Assembly: GCA_973895155.1 (NCBI GenBank)
Contig: OZ316897.1
Location: 17,890,457 to 17,954,456, forward strand
Direction: 5' to 3'
Length of the DNA stretch: 64,000 nucleotides
Source: Marsupella aquatica
Lineage: Eukaryota > Plantae > Marchantiophyta
The notes under the pieces were generated by a model. The model did not search any database. It saw nothing but the letters and a program-made list of their open reading frames with translations, and was not told where the DNA came from. The translations under genes and the position numbers were made by a program. Shown here piece by piece: positions 26,013 to 39,260 of this stretch (position 1 is its first letter; every line of letters starts with the position of its first letter).

Positions 26013-28667
26013 ATGGAGACAGTCGAAAACGCTGGAGGTGACTTGTCGGAGATATGCAGCGGTGTTCGAGTTCTTGATCCAACTGGGCTTGGCCACCGGC
26101 TTGGCCTTCATGGTATCGCAGTCTACAACAAAAGAAACGATTCTTGGACAGCTTACATATGGTATGAGAGTAATGCCGATCATTTATCAGAGGTTCTTTT
26201 TATCTGAATCTGAGCTTACGAAGTGCTGCTAACGTATACTCTCTTGGTCGTCCTTGTATCACAAGCTGGTTCATGCATGACCTTTACATTGAGCAGTATT
26301 TTCAGATGTTTTCGGTAAGTGGTGAATATTTTCAGTTGTTTTGGGTAAGTGGTGTATTGCAGCTGGTGAGCATTTTTACTAATTAACTCTAATAATCTTG
26401 CCCCTAAGTAGTGCATAGGTTGTTAAGGCCGGCCTATACTTTGGGCACGATGACTCAAACCATATGAATCCAAGAAACATGCACGTACTAGCTTGTAATC
26501 GAAATGGCCGGAGTAAAGCATCATGATGTTGAGATCATGATGTTACTAAAGTATAGTCTAAATTAAAGTACTCAAATGTAATACTAAACCAGTGTAATGT
26601 TACTCATTCTGCAGGGATGGAACAAATTTTTTCAGAGGTGAGTACTTACCTGAAGAGCCCATCATCATGTTTCTATACGCATCATGCAATTAATTGTTTT
26701 TAGTTCAATTCATTTTCTTTAATAAAATAAGATGTCATGCAATTGTTTTTTGTACAATACATTTCCTCTAGAAGCTATTTAAGAAGAGATCCTGTATGTT
26801 TCAATTCAAAAACATAAAATTCTTCTGTTAGATTTAGGTCAAACTGTAACGTATGTCCTTGACACTTAAGACAGTATTGTTGTTATACATTGCCAGATGA
26901 TTCCGTGAACACACCTGAAATTACTGGAGCTGATTTCTTGGAGATACGCAACGGTGTTTGTCTTCCTGATCCAACCAAACTTGGCCTTCGTGGTATCAAC
27001 TTCTACAAACCCATGGGTGGTTGGACAGCCCACATATGGTATGATCGAAAATCCAGTCAATCACAAAAGGACGTAGATTTGTTTTGAAACTCAACATAGT
27101 GCTGCTGACATATTCTCTCTGGGTTCTGCATCTTACCTGTGGTCCATGTATAGATTATTAGCGGGGCCTGGGGACTGAGTGTGATATTCAACAGCATTTT
27201 CAAGAGTTTTTCGGTGACTGGTTAATTTAGCTTATGACTAATTCTCACTCCTATACTATGTATGATCAGCTCCACAAATCTTCCTGCCCCGCCCTAGTGC
27301 ATACGTTGTTTAATTGAGCACGTTAATGTGGAAGGACGACGTGCCTACAAATAACATCCAAGATCGATCTATACAATCGGATCCATGCATTATAAGTATC
27401 AAATTAATGTAATACTAAATCAGTGTAATGTTACTCATTCGCAGGGACGGAAAGCAGTTTTACATAGGCGAGTACCTACCTTAAGAGTCCAGCGTGATTC
27501 AATTTCATGCAATTGATTTACTTTTAGTAGTATTTAATAAGAAGCTTTTACTTTCCAATATAGAAAACTTTAAGATTTGGATCAAGTGTTTTGCATGTCC
27601 TGAATACAGTCCTAAATTCTGCTTTGTTGATATATCCCAGGTTTATATGCATCTGCATCAGAGGCAGCCAAGTAAGGTCCAGTATTTTCTTCTGGTGTTG
27701 AAGACTAGAAGTATACATTGAACTGAGACTCTGAAATATTGAATAAGTAACGTACTCACACTTTAATTATATGCACAATACCCATCACGGCTAATCCGGG
27801 GCCGGGCTAATCTCCAGTTCTTCGTTTGGGTGAAATGGTCTGCAGAGCCTATGATAAAGCAAGTCTCAAACATTTGGATGCTGCAGCTGCTCTGCCCAAC
27901 TACAAAGGCATCTATGACTACAGTGGAGATATTATGGAGGTAGGTACTCTCGATATTTGTTTGAAATTAGTGATGTTCGGAGAAGGATCTTTTCATACAA
28001 ATTTTTCAGAAGTACCGGCAGTATTAGTTATTGATATATACTGTACATTTGAATCTATTGCAGATGGCTCCACTCACCAATGAAGAGTTCAGAGAACTTT
28101 TGAGAGAACGTGCCAGACTTTCCGAACATGTTCATGTAGAGGAAGGGGTGACTCGATGCCCTGAAGGCAGGTTTGAAGTACAAATCAAGCTCCAAGCTGA
28201 TGACAGGTGAGACATCAAAATCATCTTCTATCTAGCTGTATTCTCAAAGGTTTCCTCTGCTACGTAGTTCACTACGTGTGACCACAATATAAGCAAATCC
28301 ATATCCAAAAAAGAAAACATCGGGAATTCCTGTTTTTGTTATCTAGTTGGACTGCAATTTTAGTAGTTTAATTGAATCGGTGTTCATGTTTTTCAGCTGG
28401 AAATTCTTGGGGAGGTTTGACGATCTCGAAGATGCAAAAAGGTTTCTTTCATTTCCGTACCAGTACGACTTAACTCCTTTGACCTGGATATCAGCTAGCT
28501 TCCTTTCTTTCAGTACCTAGATGTGTTGCATGCACAGTTATTTAATTCGAAAAAGAAACGCCTGCATGCAGGCCGGAAGGTAAGCTAATTAATATAGTGG
28601 TACTCTTTTGTGCAGATGGTACCAGATGGTATCAAGATGGTATCAGAGACAAGCAAATTCAGCCTGA
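26013..28667 (+). CDS. Highly diverged euAP2-type double-AP2-domain gene with duplicated N-terminal exon pair
   Basis: Exons 26013-26161, 26615-26637, 26897-27038, 27445-27467 (GC donor), 27641-27671 (31 nt), 27846-27939, 28064-28206, 28397-28441 (45 nt) and 28616-28667 splice in frame. The product includes LRGINFYKPMGGWTAHIW-DGKQFYIG-LYASASEAAK-AYDKASLKH...MAPLTNEEFRELLR...GVTRCPEGRFEVQI...WKFLGRFDDLEDAKR, parallel to AP2 [43 protein letters not shown]...LTKEEFVHVLRR...YVYLGLFDTEVEAAR. Confidence 0.8.
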
Positions 28668-31600
28668 GCGGGAGCCAAGTTAGCCTCAAAGAACACCACA
28701 TGCACTCAGAGATTGAACCTACCAGTTGGCTCAGAGCCACCTATTTTGAGGACGATATTGAGCAGGATTATTTGAATTATTGACTCTCTATGAACCTGTT
28801 TATTTGAATTGAGTTACGTGATTGTAGCCTAGTGTGATTCGATTGCCTAAATCACAACATTTCGAATAATATCAGACAAGAAACTGAATGAAGGCTTTCT
28901 AGTCAGAGGTGGATTCAAGCACTATTGAGATTGCTTTTACCTCTGATTGGTCTTTGTTGAATATCAGAAAGTGCCGTTGAAATTATGTTTCAAAGCCAGG
29001 GATTAAGTGACACGTACTATAAAGTAGATCGAGCATTACCCTGGATATTTTGGGACCCTCCATTTGAGAACTTTTTGAACCACTAGCACTATATCGATCC
29101 ACTGAGTCAAATTAATATATTAGATCGAGCTTACATCTGCCTTAACGTACTTGATTCGGTTCTTAACAGTTTAGGTGCCTTACATAGTCTCGTATCCTAA
29201 GGTGTTGGTTAGGAGTCGTGTATACCAAAGGTACTGGTTCGGAGGGATCACTCCTAGCCAGTCGCATCAAGGTATGGTGTGTCTTCTTTCTACTACATCG
29301 GGCTCTTTAGAGACAGCATAATTCCAACAGACAGTGTTGAAGGGATACATTCTCCAAGTAATTTTTCCAGAATCTCAGATCTTTCACTCCCTAAACCCTA
29401 CAAGTGCTCCCTTATGACAATCTAAATTCTTGGATGAGTACACACAACCTAATACATGAAAAGCTCGCCAAAGGTGAAATTCACTAACGGAAACGAGTCT
29501 GGAAAGCATTGACGCATTGGGACTTCGATACTCTGCACTACTGCACCACGTCTCGAAATCTCCAGTTGCTTTTGCAGTAGCCACTTACAGCAGTTGACCA
29601 CCAAGATACGTGGGTGGGGGGTACGTTGGGAATGCTCCTATCTTGGTGCTCTTAGCTAGCTTCAAAAGATGCGACTCTTGAGCATTGAGCAATCTAATAA
29701 CCTTAATTACCTCTGGACAGCTAGCACTGTGGACTAAGTTAACAGTCCTGTATTTGTTCCTGTGCTCGAATTAGACTAGCTTCTCCTGTACCTTCGATCT
29801 CTTCCTTTCTTCCTCCCTTGCTCCCTTGCCTCCTGTCCCTCGATCTCTGCCTTACTTGCTAAATAAATGGCATTGTGTCAGAATTCTTTGGCTTAGGTGG
29901 CTTTGCTGGGTCTCTTGCCCTCCCTTCTGTGGCTTGGGGGCTGCTTGGTCAGTCTGGCTTGGCTCCAACTGTCACATATATGGGCTGGCGCTAAGAGAGA
30001 GAAGTTGACAGTGAGAGAGAATGACGAGAGTCCCTAGATAACTTGCTAGTGCACTTGTCTCCAACTGTCACATGTGCTTGGAAAAACGGTCACATGCGCC
30101 GGTAGGAAATAAAATTTGTCCTACCTTATGTGGGACTTTTATCTAGCTTGATGTTGGTGTTCTTAAATCATACTTACAAAAAAGGACAATCCTAGAAGAT
30201 TTGTATTCTCTTTTGGTAATAAGTGGGTTTTTGCCAATTGTCTTGAGTTCAGACGAGAAATTGTGAATTTACCTACACACTAAAACTGCCAATAATTCTT
30301 CAACCTGAGCATCAATTTGGGCTAAAACATTGAGTCAATCAATGAATTGTAAATTTGCCTAACAGTATACAGTAACAATACAAGTTTCTTGTTCCTCTTC
30401 GGTCCTTGGAATGATTTTTTAACTTTATAAATATGCCAGCGGGCAAAAAACCCCACAGCAAGGGCAAACAAGCACCCACAAGAAGCGCAGATGCGCCAGG
30501 CTTTAATCAGCATAAAAGAATTGTATCCCTTAGATAACCAAAGGCCATAAAAGAGACGCCATGACAATGATAAATGGGGGTAATGATAAATGACTGACAT
30601 GGATGCTTGCACTCTATCTACAAAATGAAATTGCACAGAAAAGAAATCAAAGTCTGAACCCTAGTAAAAAAATTATAATCCACATATATTAATCTTTTCT
30701 CCCTAGAGTATTTCTTACTTGTTAAATTCCTAGATTCAAAGTGGGGAATATTCCCTATCATGTAAAGTGGGGTTGTGTTCAATTTACACAGTTTGCGCTT
30801 TTCCCCACTTTAGTGTTAGCATGCTAGGGAAAAAGGCCCATAAGTGGGAGTTTTACCAACATGGGAGTGTGTCCATTCTGCCTTGTGTATATTGGGTACG
30901 TCTCTATTCCTCTATTGGTTACTAAATGTTAAAGTGTTTTAGGTGCAATAATTTTGTTGATGGTTTTTTGTCATCAATGCAGGTTTTTCCAAGTCAGTGT
31001 ATTTCTCTTACGTGTATGTTAGTCCTGTTACGTAGATTATTTGCCTTCACATTTTTCCAAATTCGATCTTGTCCAAGAAGAAACCTATTTGTTATTACAT
31101 AGTTGTCCACTCCTCTATGATCCAATAAAATCTCATACATCTTTCTCCAGTTAGAAATTGGTAGACCCTACTTTATGTTTAGAAGTAATTGTACAAAAAG
31201 GGGGAAAAAAAACAATGCAGACTTCCAGAAAGTAGTGCAGACACTTGATCGCAAACAAATAAAGATCTTGCTGCTTACACTGAAGGAATTTAGAGTTGTA
31301 GAGAGTAGGTGAAGTTGGCAAGTCTCACCTACATTAATTAGTCTCAATTTCTCATTTCTCCGGTGAATACTTGAGAAATTATCTACCAAATATTCTATTG
31401 AAGAATCTGCTAGTCCACTAGCAAATCTATAAACCAAAATTAAGCCATGCATCTGTGAATAGGATTCAACTATGCGCGCTTCGATCAGGTGGGGACAGTC
31501 ATCTTTAATTTTCCTACACCTTTTCAGGAGGAAGTCCGGCACCTTCTTGACATGAAGTTGTTCAGTTGGTCAGTAGGGATCAACTGCAGAACCTGATCAA

Positions 31601-32618
31601 GCAAGCTCATGCTATTTGAGTGTATGCGAACTCATAGACCACACACTCGATCTTCACTGTCTTCTCTCTTTCTCTTTCTAGAGCTATACCTATATTTTGC
31701 AATGTTCCTTGATACAAGAATCACACTCAAATTAATTAAACATCGATCTCCAGTCACTGAGGCATGATGACTGGCTTTAGGTACTTCTTGGCGCTTCCCA
31801 TCCATACCTTGCTTTGCACTTTTCTAATAGAAAACATTTCCATAGAAATGCATGTTAGAAATAAATCCAAAGCTCCAAATCCTTTTTCAATTTTCAGAAT
31901 ACTCTTAAGATGACCGGTAGCTACAACGCCCAAGGTCATCTCATGCCCTAATTCAAGCTTGTCATCTGAAGCAGCCTTCTGCCTTACAGGACCAGGAGGG
32001 AATCAAGGAATATAGATGTGAAAATCGGAAAATAAGCATTCCCCTAAGCATTAGACCTGAAATGTTGTTGTTAGGAGAGCAGCTACTGCAAAATTGAACA
32101 TGCATGTTCATAGTAACAAGAAACCATATATACGTAGATGTGTGGGGGAGGGTGATTAATTTGGAAGAGGAGGACGCAGTGTGGGAAGGACTAATGTTTA
32201 AACTAGTGCTAGGCCTGAGCTCTTCATAGTACTTTGTTTCAAATCTGTCATATGTATGGGTGACTGGACTGTGACTTGGTATGTTTCTGGAGATCCTATC
32301 AGCCTACACTCGTGATCCAGGCAGTTGATCAGTAAAAGCTGGAGGTAGGGTAAGTAGCTTGTTTGGGTAGGCGTGGCCAAATAAGCCACCAACCCAATAA
32401 GGGAATAAGATATTGCCTGAGTTGATGTTGCGTTAATTATTTTCCATTCAGTATGTAACTCGAACCCTAAATTATCCCTGAGTGTAGTTTAGTCGCACAT
32501 CACACTTTATTACCAATAGTACATAGTCAGTATACACCTTAGATTAATTAGCAACTGACGGCTGACAAGTTGGGTCTAGGTCTTACACTCAAGACGGGGC
32601 TGCAGTTTTCTCTGTTAG

Positions 32619-32627
32619 CTATAAAAG
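32619..32627 (+). promoter_or_regulatory. Candidate TATA box of the exonuclease gene
   Basis: CTATAAAAG, followed by a pyrimidine-rich leader and a strong donor CAG|GTAAG at ~32877. Confidence 0.4.
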
Positions 32628-33179
32628 GTTTCTCCGTGCCCAAGTTCTTTCTTACCTTCAGTATTATCTCTTCCTCCTTATTCACTCTGCAGCTTCAAGC
32701 AATCAGAGCTACGCAATCAGAGCGACTGCTGCGACAAAGTTAGCTAGCATCAAGATAACAGGACTCCGATTGGCAATCACAACTCCGATTTGGTTTTCTC
32801 TGGTGATTCCCTTAGCGGAGTGGGTTGGGCCAGAATCTTCACGCAAACAACGGGGCTACCTGGTTACCTTCAACAGGTAAGAGCCAATCACTTTCTTCCA
32901 ATTACACCATGCCTTCGAGATTTATTTTTATTGTATTTAATGGTCTCATCTCACTTTAATGAATCTTTGGCAAGAGAGAGGTCTATCTCTGGAAGGGTAC
33001 TTGCAAATGGTGTGTACAGATTTGGATCGATCCAAGCAACTAATTAATAGGGTTATCTCTTCACTAGCTAGTGAAAGTCAGCTGCCTAGTAAACCAGAGC
33101 TTGATAAGCTAAGAAGTTCCAAATAGACGGGTGGGTAGTTCCTCAGAATAATAAAGCTAATCAGCGCGCATTATCAAGG

Positions 33180-36100
33180 ATGCAGGAATCTCTCCCTCTT
33201 CAGGATCAAGCTATGAGTCTAACAAACTGGAAACTAGAGAGTCTTGAGAAGAACGTATTCTTGAATGGTGATCTTGGTCAGACTCATCGAGCATTATTCC
33301 GGCAAGATCGTGTTCAGATAGGAAAACCACAAGTGACAGCACTGAGCTACTCTCAATTAAAGATCAGGAATACGGTGGACCGAGAAGCACTTGAAGCCTT
33401 GCACTGCAGCCAGAGGCAGAAGCTCTTGAGTCCTGAGAAGCAAAAGAGTCTTGTGGACATCAGGGAAAAGTGTATGTACCTAGATAAATTTCTGCCATGC
33501 ATGTGACCTAAAATACTAATATATTAATTCAGCTTTATTGTTCCAGATAATTATGAAGATCATTGGAATGTTTTTCAAGCTTAATGCCAGGCCAGTGCTC
33601 AGTGTAATAAAATAGGCAGACCCATCACAATTACGTACTGTTACAGCCAGTAAATCAGTGTATTACTAAAATATGCCTCAACTCTGACTGCAGGGATGGC
33701 AAAAATGGAGGCTTCACAGAAGAAAGACTCATTTACAAGGTTGGTCCCACGTACATAAGTATACCATAAATGGAAATAAGTGCTCTGCAGTCCCTGATCA
33801 ATTTCTTGAACTCGATTACAAATCTACAGCATATTTTTAAAATAGAATCATGTTGGAAAACTAGACTCACTTTTGTCAAATACACATTATTTGGTACATA
33901 AAACTACATTTTAAGCTCACATGTTACACAATTTGATTCTACACATATAACACAGCTTGTGTAGGTACTCTAGGTTGTGCCTATTTCTAGACTCAGGTAT
34001 AGCGTGTTAATCTTGGGGTTAATCTATTTTCGATTCGTTTTTTGGCCTGCCCCTTGGCAACACGTACAGAGAGGTGCAGGAGCTGTTAACACCTGAGCAG
34101 CCAGGGGGGCCTATGAGACTCAAGGAGAAGTGTATGTACAGATAAACTCCTTGTTAGATATATGGATATCTGAATTGCTTGTTTTAATCACATATTCCTC
34201 TATACTGTTCTCTTATTTGCCGACTGAAATGACCTTATTTATCCCATAAGTTCTGCTTAGTATGTATTGAACAACAAGATCCTATTTCTTTGAAAGCGCT
34301 GTTGAGAGGAGGATTCAAGTTCACTGAGAGATTCAGTGTCCCATTTACTGTCTCTAGAATTTTCCAGGTAGGGTTGACCCCACCCATCTCACCAGTTTCG
34401 TCTATTAAGCGCGCGCCTTGATATATTCGTACTGCAGGGATGGCACAAATGGATGCTTTGAAGGCTTCAGTGAAAACAAAGGCATCCCTGAGGTTGGTTC
34501 CACTAATTTAAGTCCAGTGTAAATTTGTTAGAGACACGATGCATTTCTTGAGGTAGTTGGAAAAATTTCAATTCACCATAAAAGGACTCTATTAGATTAA
34601 TCTGATGAGCTAGTCTGACTTTTGGATTATGATAACTTTTGAATAGTGGAAAACAAGCTTTTTCCCTGGACTGCGAAATGGTTGGCGTGAGACTGCCAGG
34701 ATCCACCAAAACCACATATAAGGCAGGCAGCGTTTGTGTGGTACGTAACTTCTCCATGCCACTGTCTGTAAGTCTAAGTAAAATAATCCATATATGTGTA
34801 TGTTTGGCTCAGTAATTTGAATCATGGGTGAAGACTTCTGACCTTGGAGGACCCAAGCATCACATTTGTGTGTTTATTGAACAATTCTAGTAGTTAGATG
34901 GAATGAGCAAGTTCTGAAGTATCTTATTTTTTGCCACTATTACGCAAAGTCTCTCATGATTTCTTGTGTATGTGGTGTATATATACTCTTATGATAAATT
35001 GCAATTAACGAGGTACCTATTGAACCTTTGACCTCTTTTGTGCTTATTTATATTCAGGTGAATAGTGATGAGAATATAGTGTATCAGAGTTACATTTCTC
35101 AAAAGTACCTGATCTCCAATTACTTCACATGGATAAGTGGGATTACAAGACAGAATCTGAAGGGAGGTAGGACTTTTCAGATGCTCTTTTGATTTCTCTC
35201 GTAGTATGTGAAAGTTTTAGGCATGATAGCGTGTTATTAATCTAAGAGGATACTGAGAGAGGGACTGCATTGAGTCAGAAAGGGATACAGCAGGTGCCTC
35301 GATCGATCTTATCTTCTATCGTTCAATTCCATTTTTTGTAATTAATAATTTGCCTCAGGCTAGATAAGACCAGGATAAGACTTGGAATTGGAACGATCTT
35401 GTAGCAGGGACCCACACAACTATAGTTGTTATGACATGACTATATAGCCCTAATATCATTTAATTTGTCTTTGCAGCTCCTTCACTAGAAGTGGTTCAAG
35501 GAGAACTTTTTAGCATCTTAAGCGGCAACATCTTGGTGGGACATGACATCAAGAAAGACCTATTGGTTTGTGAAAAATCCTATTACTCAGCTGCCCTAAA
35601 AATTTTGTATAAGTTTTCAAGCTAAGTAAACTGATGGATGTTTCCTTCCATCTACCTGGTTTTCCCTGATCGAGTTTGGGCAGTGTCTTTAATTCCATTT
35701 AATGGTTTCCTTGAAGCACTCAAATTGTTAGAGGAAGCTTGTGAAGTGAATAAGGGTACGTGGAATAGGGTAGGTGCCAAATTGAGGCTAGCTTTAGAGC
35801 CTGTTTTAGAATCGTACTGGTCTTGAAGCAATAACTTATAGTTTTTCTCACCCAAAGAATTTAGTTTAAACTTGCATCTCCGGCCCGGTTTCTAAAATGG
35901 CAGGCACTTGAAATGAATCACCCAATGGTTGATCAAAGAGATACACAAAAGTTTTACATGTATGTACTTGTCCTTTATTCAGTTTTATAGTACGATGTAT
36001 TAGTTGTCCTTTTAATATCATGCATACACATATATATAAAGTGGTGTGGCCAAGGTTGGTTTTCTGTTAATGACAGATTACTCTAATTCAGGAAGTCAAT

Positions 36101-36510
36101 TAAGGTAGTTATATAATAGCTATTAATCCTAACCACCTATATTTTCAGGAAAAATTTGCCATTTGGTGAGAAAAAGACGAACCTCAAGCTTATGACACTT
36201 ATACATCTGGGTCAAAAAATCCAAGAAGCTTCCCACAGTCCGGTATGTGTGCTAAGATTTTGATCAGGTTAAACTAGTTAATTACATCACCGATATCTGG
36301 TACGTTGATTTTAAGTGAACCTACAACTCTTAATTAGTACTATATTATCCTACTTTATATGGAATGACTAGGAACTCGTGCTGAATAAGCTTAAATGATT
36401 GACTTTGAATGGGCTCATGCATTATGCAGGATGATGATGCAATTGCTACAATGCGTCTGTACCTGCTCTATGAGGATTGCATGAATGCTCAAGCTATATA
36501 TCAGCCTTGA
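33180..36510 (+). CDS. REX4/ISG20-like DEDDh 3'-5' exonuclease (N-terminus uncertain)
   Basis: Exons 34438-34492, 34647-34740 (AFSLDCEMVGV), 35058-35166 (NYFTWISGIT), 35477-35565 (ILVGHDIKKDL), 35904-35959 (HPMVDQRDT), 36149-36242 (LGQKIQEASHSP) and 36430-36510 (DDDAIATMRLY) splice in frame. All D-E-D-H-D catalytic residues are present. Confidence 0.88.
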
Positions 36511-36979
36511 TTGACTACAAGAAAAGACATCCATGATAGTCCCCATTTGGGCTTCCACGGTTGTGCCACTCCAGCCTGGGCGGATCCACCATCACCTGTG
36601 CCTAATCCACCCTTTGTGGCGGAGATTTTCCCATCTTTAACATGGCAATGGTATACATTCTACTAGATGGAGCTTAGGTGACCCGTTTGTAATGTAGGGA
36701 ATTGTGAGTGTCCTGCTGGGCTGTGCATAGGCTTTACCAGCTTTATTACTCCCACATTAACTAGAGTCTTTTAGAAAGTCTTCCTCTCCCATGCAAAGTG
36801 TGGCCGTACTATATATATACTGCATCCTGTGTAGATACAACATTTTTTCCAAGATGAAATTGCCGAAGACAACTGTGTGATGGGGACTACAATATTTGTT
36901 AGAATCCCGACAATATTTGTTAGAATCCGACATGTAGATATGATTTATAAATCTACCAGTCTGCACGCCTGTATGAGAA

Positions 36980-39260
36980 ACCGCTAGAGAGCCTCATATG
37001 TCATATTGTCCATGGTTTTGATGTCATTCCTAAAAATGAAGGCTCACGGCATTCCATAAATGACTTACACTTTTAGACATGTGCTCAAACGATACCAAAT
37101 TACTTTGCAAATGACCAAATGAGAGACTCTTGCACCCCTTTGGGAAAATCACTCCAAAATCATAGTTACAACTTGGGAGTGTTTTACCAAAAGTTGGGGA
37201 TGCTCTACTAAATGCCAAAAATGAGGCTCCAACAAAAGCGGAAAATCTAGTGGCCCAAGGTTCATGAGTTAGATATCCTGCTCTGTGTGGACTGGGTGGC
37301 AATAGCAATTTACAACACCCTACCCCTAGGTAGCAAATCATGTTTGGAAGGCCCAACACTGTCATTTTATGATGCGCACAAATGATGACTCTTTTGACCT
37401 AGAAATGACTTTTCCTGGAGTCATTTATGGATATGACATCTCTTGGCACTGAAAAAATGACGAGAAATTTCAGTCACATGCTTCTATGACACCAATAACC
37501 TAATTGACGCCACAAATGACAATAAAGTTTAGGGTTTGATTGAGGGGGTTAGGGTACTTGGTTATATGACACAAAGTTTTGCACAAATGGAAAAGTCTTT
37601 TGTTTTGTTGGCCTGCTTGGTTCCCTCCTCCGTGGAGTCCAGATGCGCGGGATACAAAGTTAACTGTTACCAAAAAATGGTCTGACTGCAAGCTCCAAGC
37701 CTGGATAACATATTGCACAAAGGCCTAGCCTTTGAAAATCAATACCACTTATGGATAGACAACACTTATTCCTTGGCATAGTAAAGAGGGAATAAATGGG
37801 TGTCAATTATGAAGCTGCTATATGTTGAATCCACCTTTCAGGTTTTGTCTTATTCAGATTTTATGTTCAATATTTTTATCTTAATGTGCCTAAACTAGGT
37901 GAATCATTTGAATTAATTTGATTTTAAATAAAATTTTGGACCCCTTTTAATTTTAGTGCACTTAGAATATTTTGAATGTATTCCCTTCATAATTGTTTAC
38001 TCTTTCCTTTTCAACCACTCCTTAGTGAATTATTAGTTTTCTCATGAGAGTGAGAGAAATGAGTTTGAACAATGCCCAGAACAATGTGCACATTTGGTGT
38101 ACTAAGTTCCCCTCCTAGTTTCTTATATAAACTTTGTACGGTTTTAATATATTGAGTTAATTGTCATTACCTAGAAGCAAGGGAAAATCTGTAGTGTATG
38201 TGCACAACTCTTTAGTACCTTTGTACTTTATTGGTCATAATGTATTTTTTATTGCATGTGTACTATGTCACTCACTCTTAATTAACATATATTAATTTCT
38301 TGGCATATACTTTACATGTACCTACTTTTTTATTAAAACATAAATGAATTACTACAAGGCAAAAACATCATCCTAGAACATGCCTCTGTTTTTGTCTTGT
38401 AGTGAATTATCTTGTAGACTTGATACACTTATTCTTTGGCATAGTAAAGAGAGAATAAATGGGTGTGAGTCACAACCCCCGTCACAACATAATCTATGTC
38501 TTACTTAAATGAAAGATAGGGCCACAATGAGCCACAATGAGTTTCCAACTGTAATTCCAAACTTGCATGTTATATGCCCACATGAAATATTTTACCTATT
38601 AGACACCATGTTGGATTGCTAGTGTTATTTCTATTGGGCTCCATACCACTATATGGTCATGTCAGGGCATTTGCTAGGGTTATTTCTATTGGGCTCCATA
38701 CCACAATATAGTCATGAGAAAAATACCAAAAAAACTATATAGTCATGTACGTCAGGGCATTTGCTAGTGTTATTTCTATTGGGCTCCATACCACTATATA
38801 GTCGATCATGTCAGGTCCCAAAACAGTCATATGTTGTTTTTGAGGTCATTTAGTATTGTTTCCAATATGACTAGTATGATCAAGTTTAAACACAGACTGA
38901 CATTTGTAGAGTTCTTACATAAGTCATTTGGCACCGTCGCCTGAAATGACTTCTTCAACTTAAAACACTGATACATATGACAAATCAAGTTTTTGCATTA
39001 TGTGTCATTCACGGTGACGGTTATAAATGACTATTATTTCAGAATCCTGTCATTTTGGCATTCCATGTCATTTGGGTCAGGTTTTTGAATAACTCCATTT
39101 TCAATGGTTACTAGTCATATCAGTTGTGCTGTTATTATAGACAGTCATTTGTATGACATTTTTGTGTTGTCATATATATATATATTTCTGTCAATCATTT
39201 ATATATATTCACATGTCATTTAATATGTCATGTCATAAAAGGCCCTATTTTCTATTAGTG
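36980..39260. mobile_element. CACTA-type terminal region (right end ...TTTCTATTAGTG) with dense ATGAC/GTCAT subterminal motifs
   Basis: TAGTG (reverse complement of CACTA) at 39256-39260, preceded by many GTCAT/ATGAC motifs at 38640-39240. A similar cluster lies at 36990-37530. Left end not securely identified. Confidence 0.6.
38350..38404. mobile_element. 55-bp minimal CACTA derivative
   Basis: TACTACAAGGCAAAAACA ... TGTTTTTGTCTTGTAGTG inverted repeats flanked by a 3-bp AAT direct repeat. Confidence 0.7.

Noticed and set aside
29100-31940. Degraded coding-like segments on the minus strand
   Set aside because: Multiple stops and no motif I can support.
36513-36530. GACTACAAGAAAA as the left CACTA end pairing with 39260
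   Set aside because: The first base is G and the flanking trinucleotides (ATT vs TGA) do not form a TSD; unresolved.
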